A DNA stretch of 64,000 nt. Source: Hypanus sabinus. Taxonomy: Eukaryota. A model generated the notes under the pieces. That model saw only the letters and a program-made list of their open reading frames with translations. It was not told the origin of the DNA and did not search any database. The stretch's first letter is position 1. Every line of letters begins with the position of its first letter. Positions 52,558-64,000 of this stretch are shown in pieces. The translations under genes were made by a program, and so were the position numbers. The stretch covers positions 144,956,001-145,020,000 of the forward strand of contig NC_082715.1 of NCBI RefSeq assembly GCF_030144855.1, in the 5' to 3' direction.

Positions 52558-53052
52558 TCTACAGCCTCTTTGATTGACGCGGGGTTAATTCTGAAATTCG
52601 AAGCATCTGATTGGTCAACATTGTTTTCTTTGAAAAAGGAAGATTCGTTTTTTTGCTTTTTGTCCTGTTTATATTCTGGAAATACCCCCAGGTTATTGCA
52701 TTTACAGTCACCTCGGTTTCAATCGCTATTCAAATTCAATAAATGCGGTTCCGACGGATAACTGTTTTGATACTGATTTGGCGATGTCGGTCGTACAATC
52801 AATAAAGGAAAATCTTTTAGCAAAGTTAAAGCTACTGGAGGAACTCCGTCGGTCAGGCAGCATGCGTCCAGGCAAAGGGGTCCTAATGCACGACTGCCAT
52901 TGCTGCCTGACCCGCTGTAATCAGTCGGTTGCTAGTTATTTTGCTCAAATCACAGCATGTGCAATCTCTCGTATCTCCAAGGATAGGATTAATTTCAGAT
53001 TAACCAATCAATAACTGATTGGCAGCAATTCATGTTTTTTTTTAAATTTCAG

Positions 53053-53375
53053 GTCCACAACCCCCCGTGGTGTCCGTCCTCGGACCTTCAAAAGAAGTAA
53101 TCAATGGAAAGGGCACCGCCACCCTGGTGTGTATAGTGAGCGGGTTTAATCCGGCCGCTGTGAATATCGAGTGGACTGTGGACGGCAGTACGAGAAGGAA
53201 TGGCGTTGAGACCAGCCGGATCCAGCAGGACGCCGACAACACGTTCAGTGCGAGCAGTTACCTGACTCTGCCAGCCTCAGACTGGAACTCACACGAGCTT
53301 TACTCCTGCGTGGTTAAACACGAGACTCAAGCAACACCATTTCAAACAACCATCGCGCGATCCAGCTGTATGTAA
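53053..53375 (+). CDS. IgL: IgL cluster B constant exon, intact reading frame
   Basis: (S)PQPPVVSVLGPS..LVCIV..IEW..YSCVVKHETQATPFQTTIARSSCM*; 85/107 aa identical to cluster A C; ATTAAA at 53434-53439. Confidence 0.9.
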
Positions 53376-55479
53376 TACAATATGTTTAGAGGCTGTTTCT
53401 TTGAAATAGAACAAACGAATTTAATGTACAGATATTAAATTTTTGATTGTAGCTGACACATTTTTCAAACGGGAGAAAACAGGCATTGCGTCCTGCTGGA
53501 CGTTCTTAAATAGCATTCGTTCTGAAATTGATATCGTACATGTAATTTTATCCAAAAGTAATTAAACTCTACCCGATCTACTGTGGCGTTTTTGCCTTCT
53601 TCAATATGTCCGACAAGAGCATCATTTTTCAATTGTTTGCATAAATAATGAGGATGATCAAACTTTGGTATTCCATGAAATAGAACAGACATCGTCGCTT
53701 ACACGTCGTGCTAGTTATTGGGTATATTCTGCTCCTGAAGAAATCATATTCACTATGGCTACATCAGGATAAGTGGTGTAATTACTTGTCAGCGAAATTT
53801 ACATATATATTAAAAGAAATGCTGATACTGCCTTTATTTGAACATCGTAGGCATGTTCGATTTCCAGTTTTAGCATTGTATTCTTCATGGAAATGGTTTT
53901 TCTACAGCTGGTCATATTCAGAGAGACAAGGGCTTGTGTACCCTGTGTCAGCAGCGGCGCAGAGCAGAGTAGCACTTATTAAAGTGCATACTAATGACAT
54001 ATTTGCTCAAGTTTCCTTCAAATCTACAGGTTTAACTTCGAGGTGATTTCGGCTTACAATACCTAACAAACATTGCAAATGGTAGTCCAAAGCATTTCTA
54101 GTAAATACAGTTAGACGGTGGTTGATTATCTAAAGCTATTTCGGAATTCAAAACAGTGAAGCACTGAAGATATCGCACCGACATTTGTACATTAGTTTGT
54201 ACAATATATATGATGATAGTTCTCTGCATGAAATGTAGAACACCGTGGCCATAGTATGCAGGTCGAGAGAACGGTATCCTAAACATAAGATACATATGTT
54301 CAATAAATAACGAAATTATCATTTTCAGGCGAATGAGAATACGAATTGTACTCACGTCTTTCGAATTGCTTATACACGTTGCTTTATCCCGATAAGAAAA
54401 GAATAGCTTGCAAGCTTGCAGCTCATCATTGAAATTCATACATGGGTTATTGAAACTGGGACGTTACTATCACGTGGTCTTCATCAGTCACTCTGGTCTG
54501 AGGCCGTTGGACCTGCCTTCTCTGAACATGGAAGGCCGAAGGAGTTCCCTGTCACTTTACAGCTGCTCAGATCAACCATTGCTCTAAGCAGGACGTTTTT
54601 ACACGGCCTGTAAACTGCGCTGTACTTTAAAATCACATTATACAAAGTAAATTCCAGTTTCGCGCCCGTAAGTCTGTGTGCGGGGACATTCCATTTCCTG
54701 CGCGGCAGATGCACGGTTGTACTTGGTGTGGCAGAGCATTCAGTGTTGTGATAGGACGATAAAATGACCAGAACTGCGCGAGGAGATTTTGTCAAAGGGC
54801 ATGGCTGACTTCAAATTATCAAAGTTTGGAAGCATTCATTCAACAATTCTGATTGTCTTCTGTCCTTCAGACACGTTTAAGATCGGTAAAATGGGAGATT
54901 TTGTCAAAGGCCATGGCTCACTCAGTTTTTTTTCTGACATTGAGACACGTTTAAAATCTTAAAATATATTTAATAATTATTAAATCAAACAGTAACTCAA
55001 TACCTAAACGATCTAAAACGAAAATGCACACGAATGGATATATTGTGATGCATCCACCGCATCCTTCTTTTCGAACATCTTCACAATCCGCTTTGAAGCA
55101 AATTACCTCTGGAATTTCTGCGTCTGCTCCGAAGGCAAAGTGAAAGAGTGCAGTGAGTTCCACTCCATTGCTGAATACTTGTAGAGTCGGGAAGTGTAAG
55201 TTCTGCGGAATGCAGATGGAGATCGGGCAGATGGATTGAATTCTGCCAGTAACAATATCGAAAAATTTTGGCTTTTCCATGTAAAAATGACAGCCCATCC
55301 AAAAAAATGTTGTGGCTCGATGACAGGAATGTTTTTATTAACAGTACATTCCAAGCTGTGGATCAGCTCACAGGTTGAGCTGCCCGCATAACGGAGAGTT
55401 GGTGTGTACAGAGAAATATATGATTGATCGCGGTTAGTATTATTGAAAGGAGTACACAGAAACGTTAACCATAGCACAG

Positions 55480-56270
55480 GCATTTTGGACCAAGATGTTG
55501 TACCTACCTTTTAATCTAATCCAATGTCAATCTAACCATTCCCTTCCACAGAGCCGTCCATTTTTCTTTCATTCATTAGCCTAAGAGATCCATAGATGTC
55601 CCTGTTATATATTTGCCATCTGACACTTAACAGCCCAACTTCGCATCCCATCAATGATCCCGTTGTAAACTACGACAATCTTATCCACAGCGCCAACAGC
55701 CTTGTGTCAACTATCCCATCGACCTGTACGTAGACCATAGCTCTCCATGCCCCTCCCATCCATATTCTTCTAATATTTAAAACATTTTAAATATTGAACC
55801 TATACCGCATGCTCTACTTCCACTGGCAACTCGTTCCACACTCTCGCTACTCTCTGAGATGAAGTTCGCCTTCATGTTCGCCCTAAACATTTCACATTTC
55901 ACCCTCAGCCCATGACCTTTAGTTCTAGTCTCACCCAACCCTGGTGTAAAAAGACTGCTTACATTTACACTATCTATTCTCCACATCATTTTGTATATCT
56001 CTATCCAATCTCCCCTCATTCTCCTATGCTCCAAGGAAAAAAGTGCTAACCTCTTCAATCTTTCCACACAAGTTACATCACCAGTTACGTCATATACACC
56101 GCACTACTTTTATCAATTTCTTTAGTCACTTTCTCGAAAAAGTCAATCAGGTTCGTGAGAAATGAACTGCCCCTCAGATAGCTGTACTCTATGTAATCAG
56201 ACTATGCTTCTCCAAATGTTCATTAATTCTGCCTTTCAGAATCACTTCCAAAGCTTGTCCACCACTGCAA
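55480..56270 (-). mobile_element. CR1 3' fragment(s)
   Basis: ERLKRLALFSLEHRRMRGDWIEIYKMM..GETRTKGHGL. Confidence 0.85.
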
Positions 56271-56479
56271 TGCAGCTCCGCTCTATAATTCCCAGGATTA
56301 TCCCTGTCTCTCGGTTTGTTTTTTCACTACCTTACTTTCGCTTTTCTATTTTATAATTATAATTGATCATTTAATTTTTTAATTATATTTACTTCGATTT
56401 GTACTCCAGGGAGCGCGAAGTACAAAGTCAAATATTACTGTGATGATTGTATGCTCTAGTATTAATTGTTTGGTGACAA

Positions 56480-57770
56480 TAAGGTAAGAAAATAAATAAG
56501 TACGTAATCCCTTTCTTCAACAACGTAATAACATTTGAGACCCTCCAGTCTTCTGCTACTCCTCCTGTGTCCAATGAGGGCGCAAAGATTATCACCAAGA
56601 GGGAACATTCTCTGCCTTCTCTTCCCGTAGTAACCAGGGTATACCCCATTCGGCCTCGGGGCCTTTTGTCTTTTACTCAAAAGTTCGACAATATCCTATT
56701 TCTTAACGTTTAATGCTGTTTTACGCTGTCCACACACAAGTCACGGTCCCACTCAGAGGTGAATACTGAAGACAACTATTCATTAAGGAACTCCCTTACC
56801 TCCTCCGACACCAGGCACATGGTTCCTCTTCTTTTACTCACTCTGGTCATCCTTCTGTTCTTCACCTAAGTGTAGAACGTCTTGAGGATTTCCTTAATCA
56901 TACTCGCCAAGCTCTTCGCATTACCCCTTCTAGCTCTCCTAAGTTCATTCGTCAGCTCCTTCCTGTCTGCTTCGTAACATTCAAGAGATCTGTTTGATAT
57001 TTCCTTCAAAACCTTTTATTGAACTTCTTCCTTCCTCTTGGTGGCATGCTTCACGTCTCTTGCCAACTATGCTCTCTTCTCCCTGCCATCCATATTCAAC
57101 TGGGCGAACCCTACCCAGAACCTCATTAGTGTTCCCTTCACAACTTCCACATTTCCTTGTTCATTTCCTTGATAAAACTAATTCCCAATTTCTACTCACA
57201 AGCTCATGTATTATAGAATCATAATTTCCTCTCCTCCAAAACAATCTGCTCTTGTCGCTCTCCAAGTGTATGGTAAATTAGAGAGTCGTGAATGTGATTC
57301 GGGAGAAGCAATCTGACACCTGGCCTGTTCCATTGGCTACCACTAGCACCAGTAAGGCCTCTCTTCTAGTTACCTGTCCATATATTCAGGAATCCTTCAT
57401 TAGCAGACCTAAAAAAACTCTGCCCAGTCTAAATCTTTTGCATGTAAGCGAATGGAATCATTATTAGGTAAGTGCGTGTTTTAGCAGCTTTCCAAAATCG
57501 ACCTGCCGACCTACTCCTCGATGTTCCTGTTGGTGGTGTGCGCTGTACAATACTCCCATCAGATAGAATGCAACCCCTCCTATTTCTGAATTCCACCCAC
57601 GGAGACTCAATAAACGATCTCTCCACGACTTCCTCACTTTCTGTATCTGCGATACTATCCCTGATTGGCAATGCCACTCCTCTATCTCTATTACCTCCCT
57701 CCCTGACCCTTTTCGAGATATCTGAACGTGGGAACATTCAGCAGCTTTTCCTGCGTTAGTGACAACCATA
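56480..57770 (-). mobile_element. CR1 ORF2 endonuclease-to-linker fragment
   Basis: GVALPIRDSI..ESPWVEFRNRRG; TGGVAEDWRVSNV. Confidence 0.8.
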
Positions 57771-57979
57771 TTTTGGTTTATATTTTGGATCGGTAAAGAG
57801 ATCGTTTCCTACCAGAATAAAAAGACAAATACATGTTATCATCGAATTTTACCTCATACCCTTCCAATGCAAATAATTTCCCACACTTCACTGGGAATCA
57901 GTTAGGAATTTTCTTCCCTCCTAACGTTCGCTTATGGTGACAAGAACTTCCAATCTGACTTACTTTCTCTACTATCCTT

Positions 57980-59880
57980 GCATGGGGTACCTTATCAAAC
58001 GCCTTGCTGAAATCCATTTTCACTATATCTGCTGCTCTTCATTCATCAATGCGTTTAGTCACATTCTCAAAAAAATTCAATCAGGATCATAAGGCACTTG
58101 ACAAAGACATGCTAACTACTCCTACTAATATTATACCTCTCAGAATGTTTATAAGATCTCTCTGGATCTTTACAATCAGCTTATGAACCACTGAGGTAAG
58201 ACTCAATGGTCTGTAATTTCAATGGTTATCGGAACTCCCTTAAAGGAACAACATCCGCAAACCTCCATTCCTACAGAACCTCCCCCTTCCCCATTGATGA
58301 ATCAAAAATCATCGCCAGAGGCTAAGCAATCTTCTCCCTCACCTCCTACAGTAGCACAGGGTACATTTCATCCGGACCGGGCGACTTATCCAACTTGATG
58401 CTTTCCAAAAGCTCCAGTACATCCTCGTTCTTAATATCTACACGCTCAAGCTTTTCAGTTCGCTGCAAGTCATAACTACAATCACTAAGATCCTTTTCCA
58501 TAGTAAATACTGAAATAAGGTATTCATTAAGTACCTTTGCTATTTCCTCCAGTTCCATACACACTTACCCACAGTCATATTTGATAGGTCCTATTCTTTC
58601 ACGTCTAATCCTCTTTCCACATACTTGTAGAATGCCTTGAGGTTTTCCTTAACACTGCCCTCCAAGACCGTCTCATGGCCCCTTCTATCTCTCCTAATTC
58701 CCTTCTTAAGCTCCTTCCAAGTAGCCTTACAATCTTCCAGATCTCCAACATTACCTAGCTCACTGAACCTTTTGTAAGTTTTCCTTTCTTCTTGAATAGA
58801 TTTATTTCAGCCTCTGCACACCACGGTTCCTATACTCTACCATAAATTCCCTGTCTCATTATAACGCACCTGTACAGAGCTCAACACATATATCCCCTGA
58901 AGATTTGCTACATTTCTTCCGTACTTGTCCCTGAGAACATCTGTTTCCAATTTAAGTCTCCAATTTCTTCCCTGATAGCCTCATAACTCCCCTTACTCCA
59001 ATTAAATGTTGTCTAACTTGTCTGGCCCTATCTCTCTCCAATGCTATTGTAAAGAAGGTAGGAACTATGATCACTATCTCCAAAATGCTCTCCCGCTGAG
59101 ATATCTGACACCTGACCAGGTTCATTTCCCAATACCAAAGCAAGTACAGCCTCTCCTCTTGCAGGCTCATCGACATACTGTGTCAAGAAACCTTTCTGAA
59201 CAAACCTAACAAACTTCAACCCATCTAAGCCCCTCGCTCTAGGGACATGCCAATTGATATTTGTAAAATTAAAATCTCCCATCACGACATCTCTGTTATT
59301 ATTACACCTTTCCAGAATCTGTTTCCTTATCTGCTCCTCGATAATCCTGTTACTATTGGGCAGTCAATAAGAACACCCAGTTAAATTATTGAACCCTTCC
59401 TGTTCCTAACCTCCACCCACAGAGACTGCGCAGAAAATCCCTCCATGGTGCCCACCTATTCTGCAGCTGTGACACTATCTCTGATCAACAGTGCCACACC
59501 CCCACCTCTTCTGCCTCCCTCCCTGTCCTTTCTGAAACATCTAAAACCCGGCACTTGAAATAACCAATCCTGTCCCTGAGATATCCATGTCTCTGTAATT
59601 GCCAACACATCATATCTCCAGGTACTGATCCACGCTCTAACCTCATCCGCTTTGTTCACAACACTGCTTGCATTAAAGTAGACACAACTCAAGCCTTGGG
59701 TCTGAGCGCGTCCTTTCTGTGTCAACTGCCTATCCTCCCACTTGCACTGTGTACAAGGTTTCTCTATTTGTGATCCAACATCCTCTTCCCCAGTCTCCTC
59801 AGTTCGGTTCCCACCCCACCCCCAACAATCCTAGTTTAAAATCTCCCCAGTAGCCTTAGCAAACCTCCCCTCCAGGATAC
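57980..59880 (-). mobile_element. CR1 ORF2 5' half (endonuclease to start of RT)
   Basis: CVYFNASSVVNKADE..LAITETW..RKDREGGRRGGGVALL; MGDFNFTNINW; KLDKSPGPDEMYP. Confidence 0.9.
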
Positions 59881-60090
59881 TTCTCAACTTCATAGAAAAG
59901 CATAAGTAAGAGGGATGTCACGTGGGTGTGGGCAAAATAGCTGCATGTTAGTGGAGCTCCGACGACCCAACATAAAATTCTATCAATTAGAGCATATTTA
60001 TCCCGCCTTATTCGGATACAGCTTTTCTAGAGTTCAAATTGTTTGTTTTTTTTACTGAAAAATAACAACTTTGCGAGATAATTCAGGACG

Positions 60091-60927
60091 ATGCCAAGAA
60101 CTTCGAAGAGCGCTACAGCGAGTCATGTGGCTACAAGACAGGGCCAGCAATCCGAAGATCAAGGCACGCTAACGACACAGACTGACTAAGGCTCCAACAT
60201 GGAAAATTTACTGGTTGAGGTTCGTCGTATAAATTCCATTCTGCTCGGGGTGGCTACTGATTTATCTACAATTAAAGAAACGACAATGGAGTTGAAGAAC
60301 TCCGTCAATGCCATTCAAGAGAGGCTGACGGAAGCCGAGGTCGCCTCTCCAGCGTGGAGGACACCACTGTGCAGCTGGTGGGTGCCAGCGAGCAGAATAA
60401 TAAACGTTTGGACCTGCAGTGGAACCGTGTCCAGGAGCGGACGGAACAACGTCAGGCTGGTCGGACTAAAGCAGGGTGCGGAAACGGGCGGTCTGATTAA
60501 GCGTGTGCAAGGAATCATGTCGGAGGGATTTGGCATCGAAGTGAAAGCAGAGTTTGGGATTGAGAGGGCGCATCTGGTCCCGGCTCCGAGGTCGGGCGAG
60601 AATCGCCCCCCTCCCCCCAGGTTGGTCTTAATACGATTCTTGCGCTCTTCGGCCAGAGAGACAGTGCTACAAGCGGCCAAAGCAAAAAGAGGAGTTGAGT
60701 GGGAGGGGTGCAAAGTCTCCTTCTTTCCGGATATGTCTAGAGAATTGGCTGAGAAACGGAGGACATTTACTACGGCTCAGAAAATGCTGCAAAGAGTCAA
60801 CATGAGGTATACACTCGCTTATCCAGCAGTTCTACGATTCACGTGGAAAGGAAAGAACATGTTCTTTATTACTGCTGCAGAAGCAGTGAAATTCATCCAG
60901 GAAAAGTGTGCAGCTGGCACTGACTGA
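60091..60927 (+). pseudogene. L1 ORF1p remnant
   Basis: RNNVRLVGL..IERAH..PRLVLIRFLR..FFPDMSRELAEKRR..YPAVLRFTW; stop or frameshifts in the N-terminal part. Confidence 0.85.
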
Positions 60928-61319
60928 GAGACAGTAATAGGTGGAGATAACTTTTTAGGTACAACAGGATAAAGCGCTCTGATTAGTGCGAGGCTTACTA
61001 GCTGGCACGGTACTTCGCTGACCATCTCTTGTGTCTTTTTCTTTTCCGTTTCTTTGTAGAGGTTATTCTGCCTATTTGCTTTTATTTGTTAGTTAATCTT
61101 GCAGGAATATATTACCGCTATGTTTTTGGGTTATGTTGGTTGTTTATTTGTTTGAAAGCGCAATATTTGCAGAGTTTCCTGGTAATAATTGAGCATGGGG
61201 ATAGAGTACAGCAGGTTTTACTTTGGATTTTTTTTTTTTTGGAATTACTGCATTCCAGAATCAGTCATCCGGGAAAATGTATGTTTTTGCACATGAGTGC
61301 ATGAAGTTTAGGACAGGAA

Positions 61320-64000
61320 AATAGTTAATTTCATATCATGTAACATTAGTGCGTGAGGAAACCCAATCAAGAGCAAAAAAGATATTATCATACCTTAAAG
61401 GTAAACAAATTGATGTTCCATTTGGCCAGGAAACACATTTTAAAGATGTTGAAGCACTGAAATTTAGAAGTGATTAGGTGGGCCAGGTATTCTTTCGTCA
61501 TTTAACAGCAAACAAAATGGGACAATGATTTTAGTCAAAAAAAAACTTAATTTTGTATTGCTTGGAGAATTTAAGGAAAGGAAGGCAGGATAATTTGTAT
61601 AGATGCACTTATTAATGGGGCGAAGGTAGTACTTTGCAACATAGATGCACCTAATAAGGAAGACGCAGACTTTCTTACCAAGGTGAACGAAATTTTAGGC
61701 GCCAAGGAAGGAAAAATAATTTTAACAGGAGACTTTAACTGAGTAATGGACCCTGTTATTGATAAAAGCAAATTTCAGACTTCACCTTTACCTAGGGACA
61801 GGGCAGCCTTACATCAATATATTGAGGATATCGGTCTGGTGGATATATGGCGATTGGTGAATTCATTCGGAAAACAATATATGTTTTTCTCTCATCGACA
61901 TAAATCCTACTCTAGAATAGATTTTTTTTCTAATATCCAACTATATTGTTGTACAGTTGATAGACTGTAAAATGGTCCCAATCGCATTATCAGACCATGC
62001 TCCGGTTGTAATTCAAATTGATTTAAATACCGAAAGGGGAAGGAGGGGTAGATGGCGAATGAATATTATGTTGTTAAAAGATTAGAATTCCAGTGATAAA
62101 CTGGCTGAGGATCTGACTTCGTTTTTTGAATTGAACGCAGGGAGCACAGTAAAGCTGTCCTCGGTATGGGAGGAATCCACAGCGTATAAAAGAGGAAAAC
62201 TAACAGCACAAGCATCTAAAAAGAAGAAAGAACGCATGGAGTAAATAAAAAATCTGGAGGCAGACATAACCACATTGGAAAAGGTCTTATCAAGACAATA
62301 TACCGACGACCCACACAAAGATCTGTGAAATTTCAAATTCCAGTTAAATAACATATATAACAAAGAAGCAGAATATGTATTATTTAGATTAAAAACAAGT
62401 TTCTATGATGGTGGTGACAAAGCTGGTAAGCTGCTGGCAGGATACTTAAAGCAGCAGAAGACGAATAGTGCTATACCTGTAATTAAGGAAGGGGACACAT
62501 TAGTGTCATCATCTAAAGAAATAAATGAAGTCACTCAACAGTTCTATCAACATATATATGCATCACCGTTTAATCATGACCAGGAGGAGCTGAATCAGTT
62601 TATCGCTAACATAAAATTGTCTACATTATCCCCACAACAAGCTGAGTCCTTGGATGTCCCAATTACTGAGGATGAGGTCGGACGGGCTATTGCAGCTATA
62701 AATGTGGGGAAATCTGCAGTTATGGATGGCTTCCTAGTTGAATATTATAAGAAATTTCTGGACACCATTGGCTCCTATTCTAACAAAAATCTATTCAGAA
62801 GCATTTAATTTGGAATCTTCGCCTAAAACATTTAATGAAGCATTAATATCGTTGATCCCGAGAAAAGATTGTGATGCAATCGATCCTTCCAATTATATGT
62901 CTATAAGCTTAATTAATGTGGACTGTAAGATACTGAATAAAATACTGGTTTCGCGATTAGAGAAAGTATTGCCGTCGATAAATAACTCTGACCAGGTTGG
63001 CTTCATTAAAGGCAGATCCCCAGCTGACAATTTAAGGAGATTACCGCACTTAATATGGCTGAACTCCCCAAGTAGTATCCCAGTTACTGCCATCTCCCTG
63101 GACGCTGAAAAGGCCTTTGACAGAGTTGAGTGGAGATTTTTAACCACAGCCTTGTCATTCCTTGGGTTTGACTCTATCATTAAATCATGGTTTATAATTT
63201 TGTATAAAAACCCTCAGGCTGCAGTTATTACAAATAGTACCATATCCCCATTTTTCAACATTTTACGGGGTACACGCCAAGGATACCCCTTCTCGCCACT
63301 GTTTTTTGGAACAGTTGGAGGTCGTGATTAGAGCAGTTCCAGATATTAGAGAGGTGAAGGGAGGCGGAAAGGAGCAAAAGTTGATGCTATATGCTGGCGA
63401 TATTTTATTACAGATTAGTGACCCTCCTAATTTCTTCCCCCCACTAATGAAAACAATTCAAATATATTCTGAAGTGTCTATTTATAAAATCAACTGTAGT
63501 ACATCTGAGGCTATGCCAATGTCAAAACTGTGTTATTCAAATTCAGTATCTCAGTTTAATTTTAGATGTGTGCCAGTTGGAATGAAGTATCTAGCGGTCA
63601 AACTCAGTCAGAATTTGGATGAAAAAATTACTTTAAATTATGATCCATTATTGAGTAAAGTAAGAAATAATCTGGATGAGTGGGGGGCCACTGCGACTGT
63701 CACACTGGGGTAAAGTCAATGTAGTTAAAATGGTCATAGGACTTCAGTTTAACTATCTTTCTATGATGTTTCCTTTAAATATTTCAGATATGATCTACAA
63801 CCAATACGACAAAATTATTAGGGACTTTCTATGGGATAAGAAGAAGCCCTGAATTAACATTAGTAAGATGTGTATGTCCAGTGACATGGGTGGGCTCAGT
63901 CGACCAGCCGTCAGGGCATATAAATTATCCTTTGAAATGACCAAGTTAGCTAAACACTGGGACAGGGCAGATGTTGATTTAGATTAGTTAGTTATAGAAC
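61320..64000 (+). pseudogene. L1 ORF2 remnant (APE endonuclease and RT)
   Basis: QETH; GDFN; SRIDFF; SDHAPV; ISLINVDCKILNKIL; DQVGFIKGR; SLDAEKAFDRVEW; RGTRQGYPFSPL; LYAGDILL; many stops. Confidence 0.92.

Larger units (their letters stand above)
27626..53375 (+). repeat. Segmental duplication unit B
   Basis: Colinear with 1425-25615; hand counts ~15/157 and ~17/165 mismatches in two flanking segments. Confidence 0.97.
49207..53375 (+). pseudogene. IgL: IgL cluster B: leader 49207-49255, VJ 49343-49683 (inactivated), C 53053-53375 (open)
   Basis: 1-nt deletion at ~49386 (TCA ACT to TCA CT) gives TAG at 49552-49554; restored frame also has TGA 49578-49580 and TAA 49596-49598; all four splice sites intact. 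Confidence 0.95.
59900..64000 (+). mobile_element. L1-clade LINE, near full length at 5' end, decayed, runs off window
   Basis: ORF1 and ORF2 remnants in tandem on + strand. Confidence 0.92.

Noticed and set aside
60199-60927. 242-aa ORF as a host gene or active L1 ORF1
   Set aside because: L1 ORF1p motifs with apparent compensating frameshifts, followed by a heavily broken ORF2.

Overview
Vertebrate genomic DNA from a cartilaginous fish; the repeat families suggest a ray/batoid (inference). The window is mostly a direct tandem duplication of an immunoglobulin light-chain cluster: unit A ~1425-25615 and unit B ~27626-53375, start codons 27,272 bp apart, ~90% identical in two spot-checked flanking segments. 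Each unit is leader exon / 87-nt intron / germline-joined VJ exon with no RSS / ~3-kb intron / single C exon, of the elasmobranch type II (lambda-like) class. Cluster A is intact (237 aa). Cluster B has a dead VJ exon (1-nt deletion, two stops) but an intact C exon. Homology between the units ends at the C stop codon, and the C exons show patchwork divergence. The rest is layered retroelement and transposon debris: CR1, Rex1/Babar-like, L1, hAT Buster-type, a retrovirus-like pol with two RNase H domains, and Penelope-like elements. The Penelope-like ends carry minimal hammerhead-ribozyme motifs, and two independent fold-back insertions in the J-C intron turn at that motif. TE boundaries are read by eye and approximate; percentages are hand counts.
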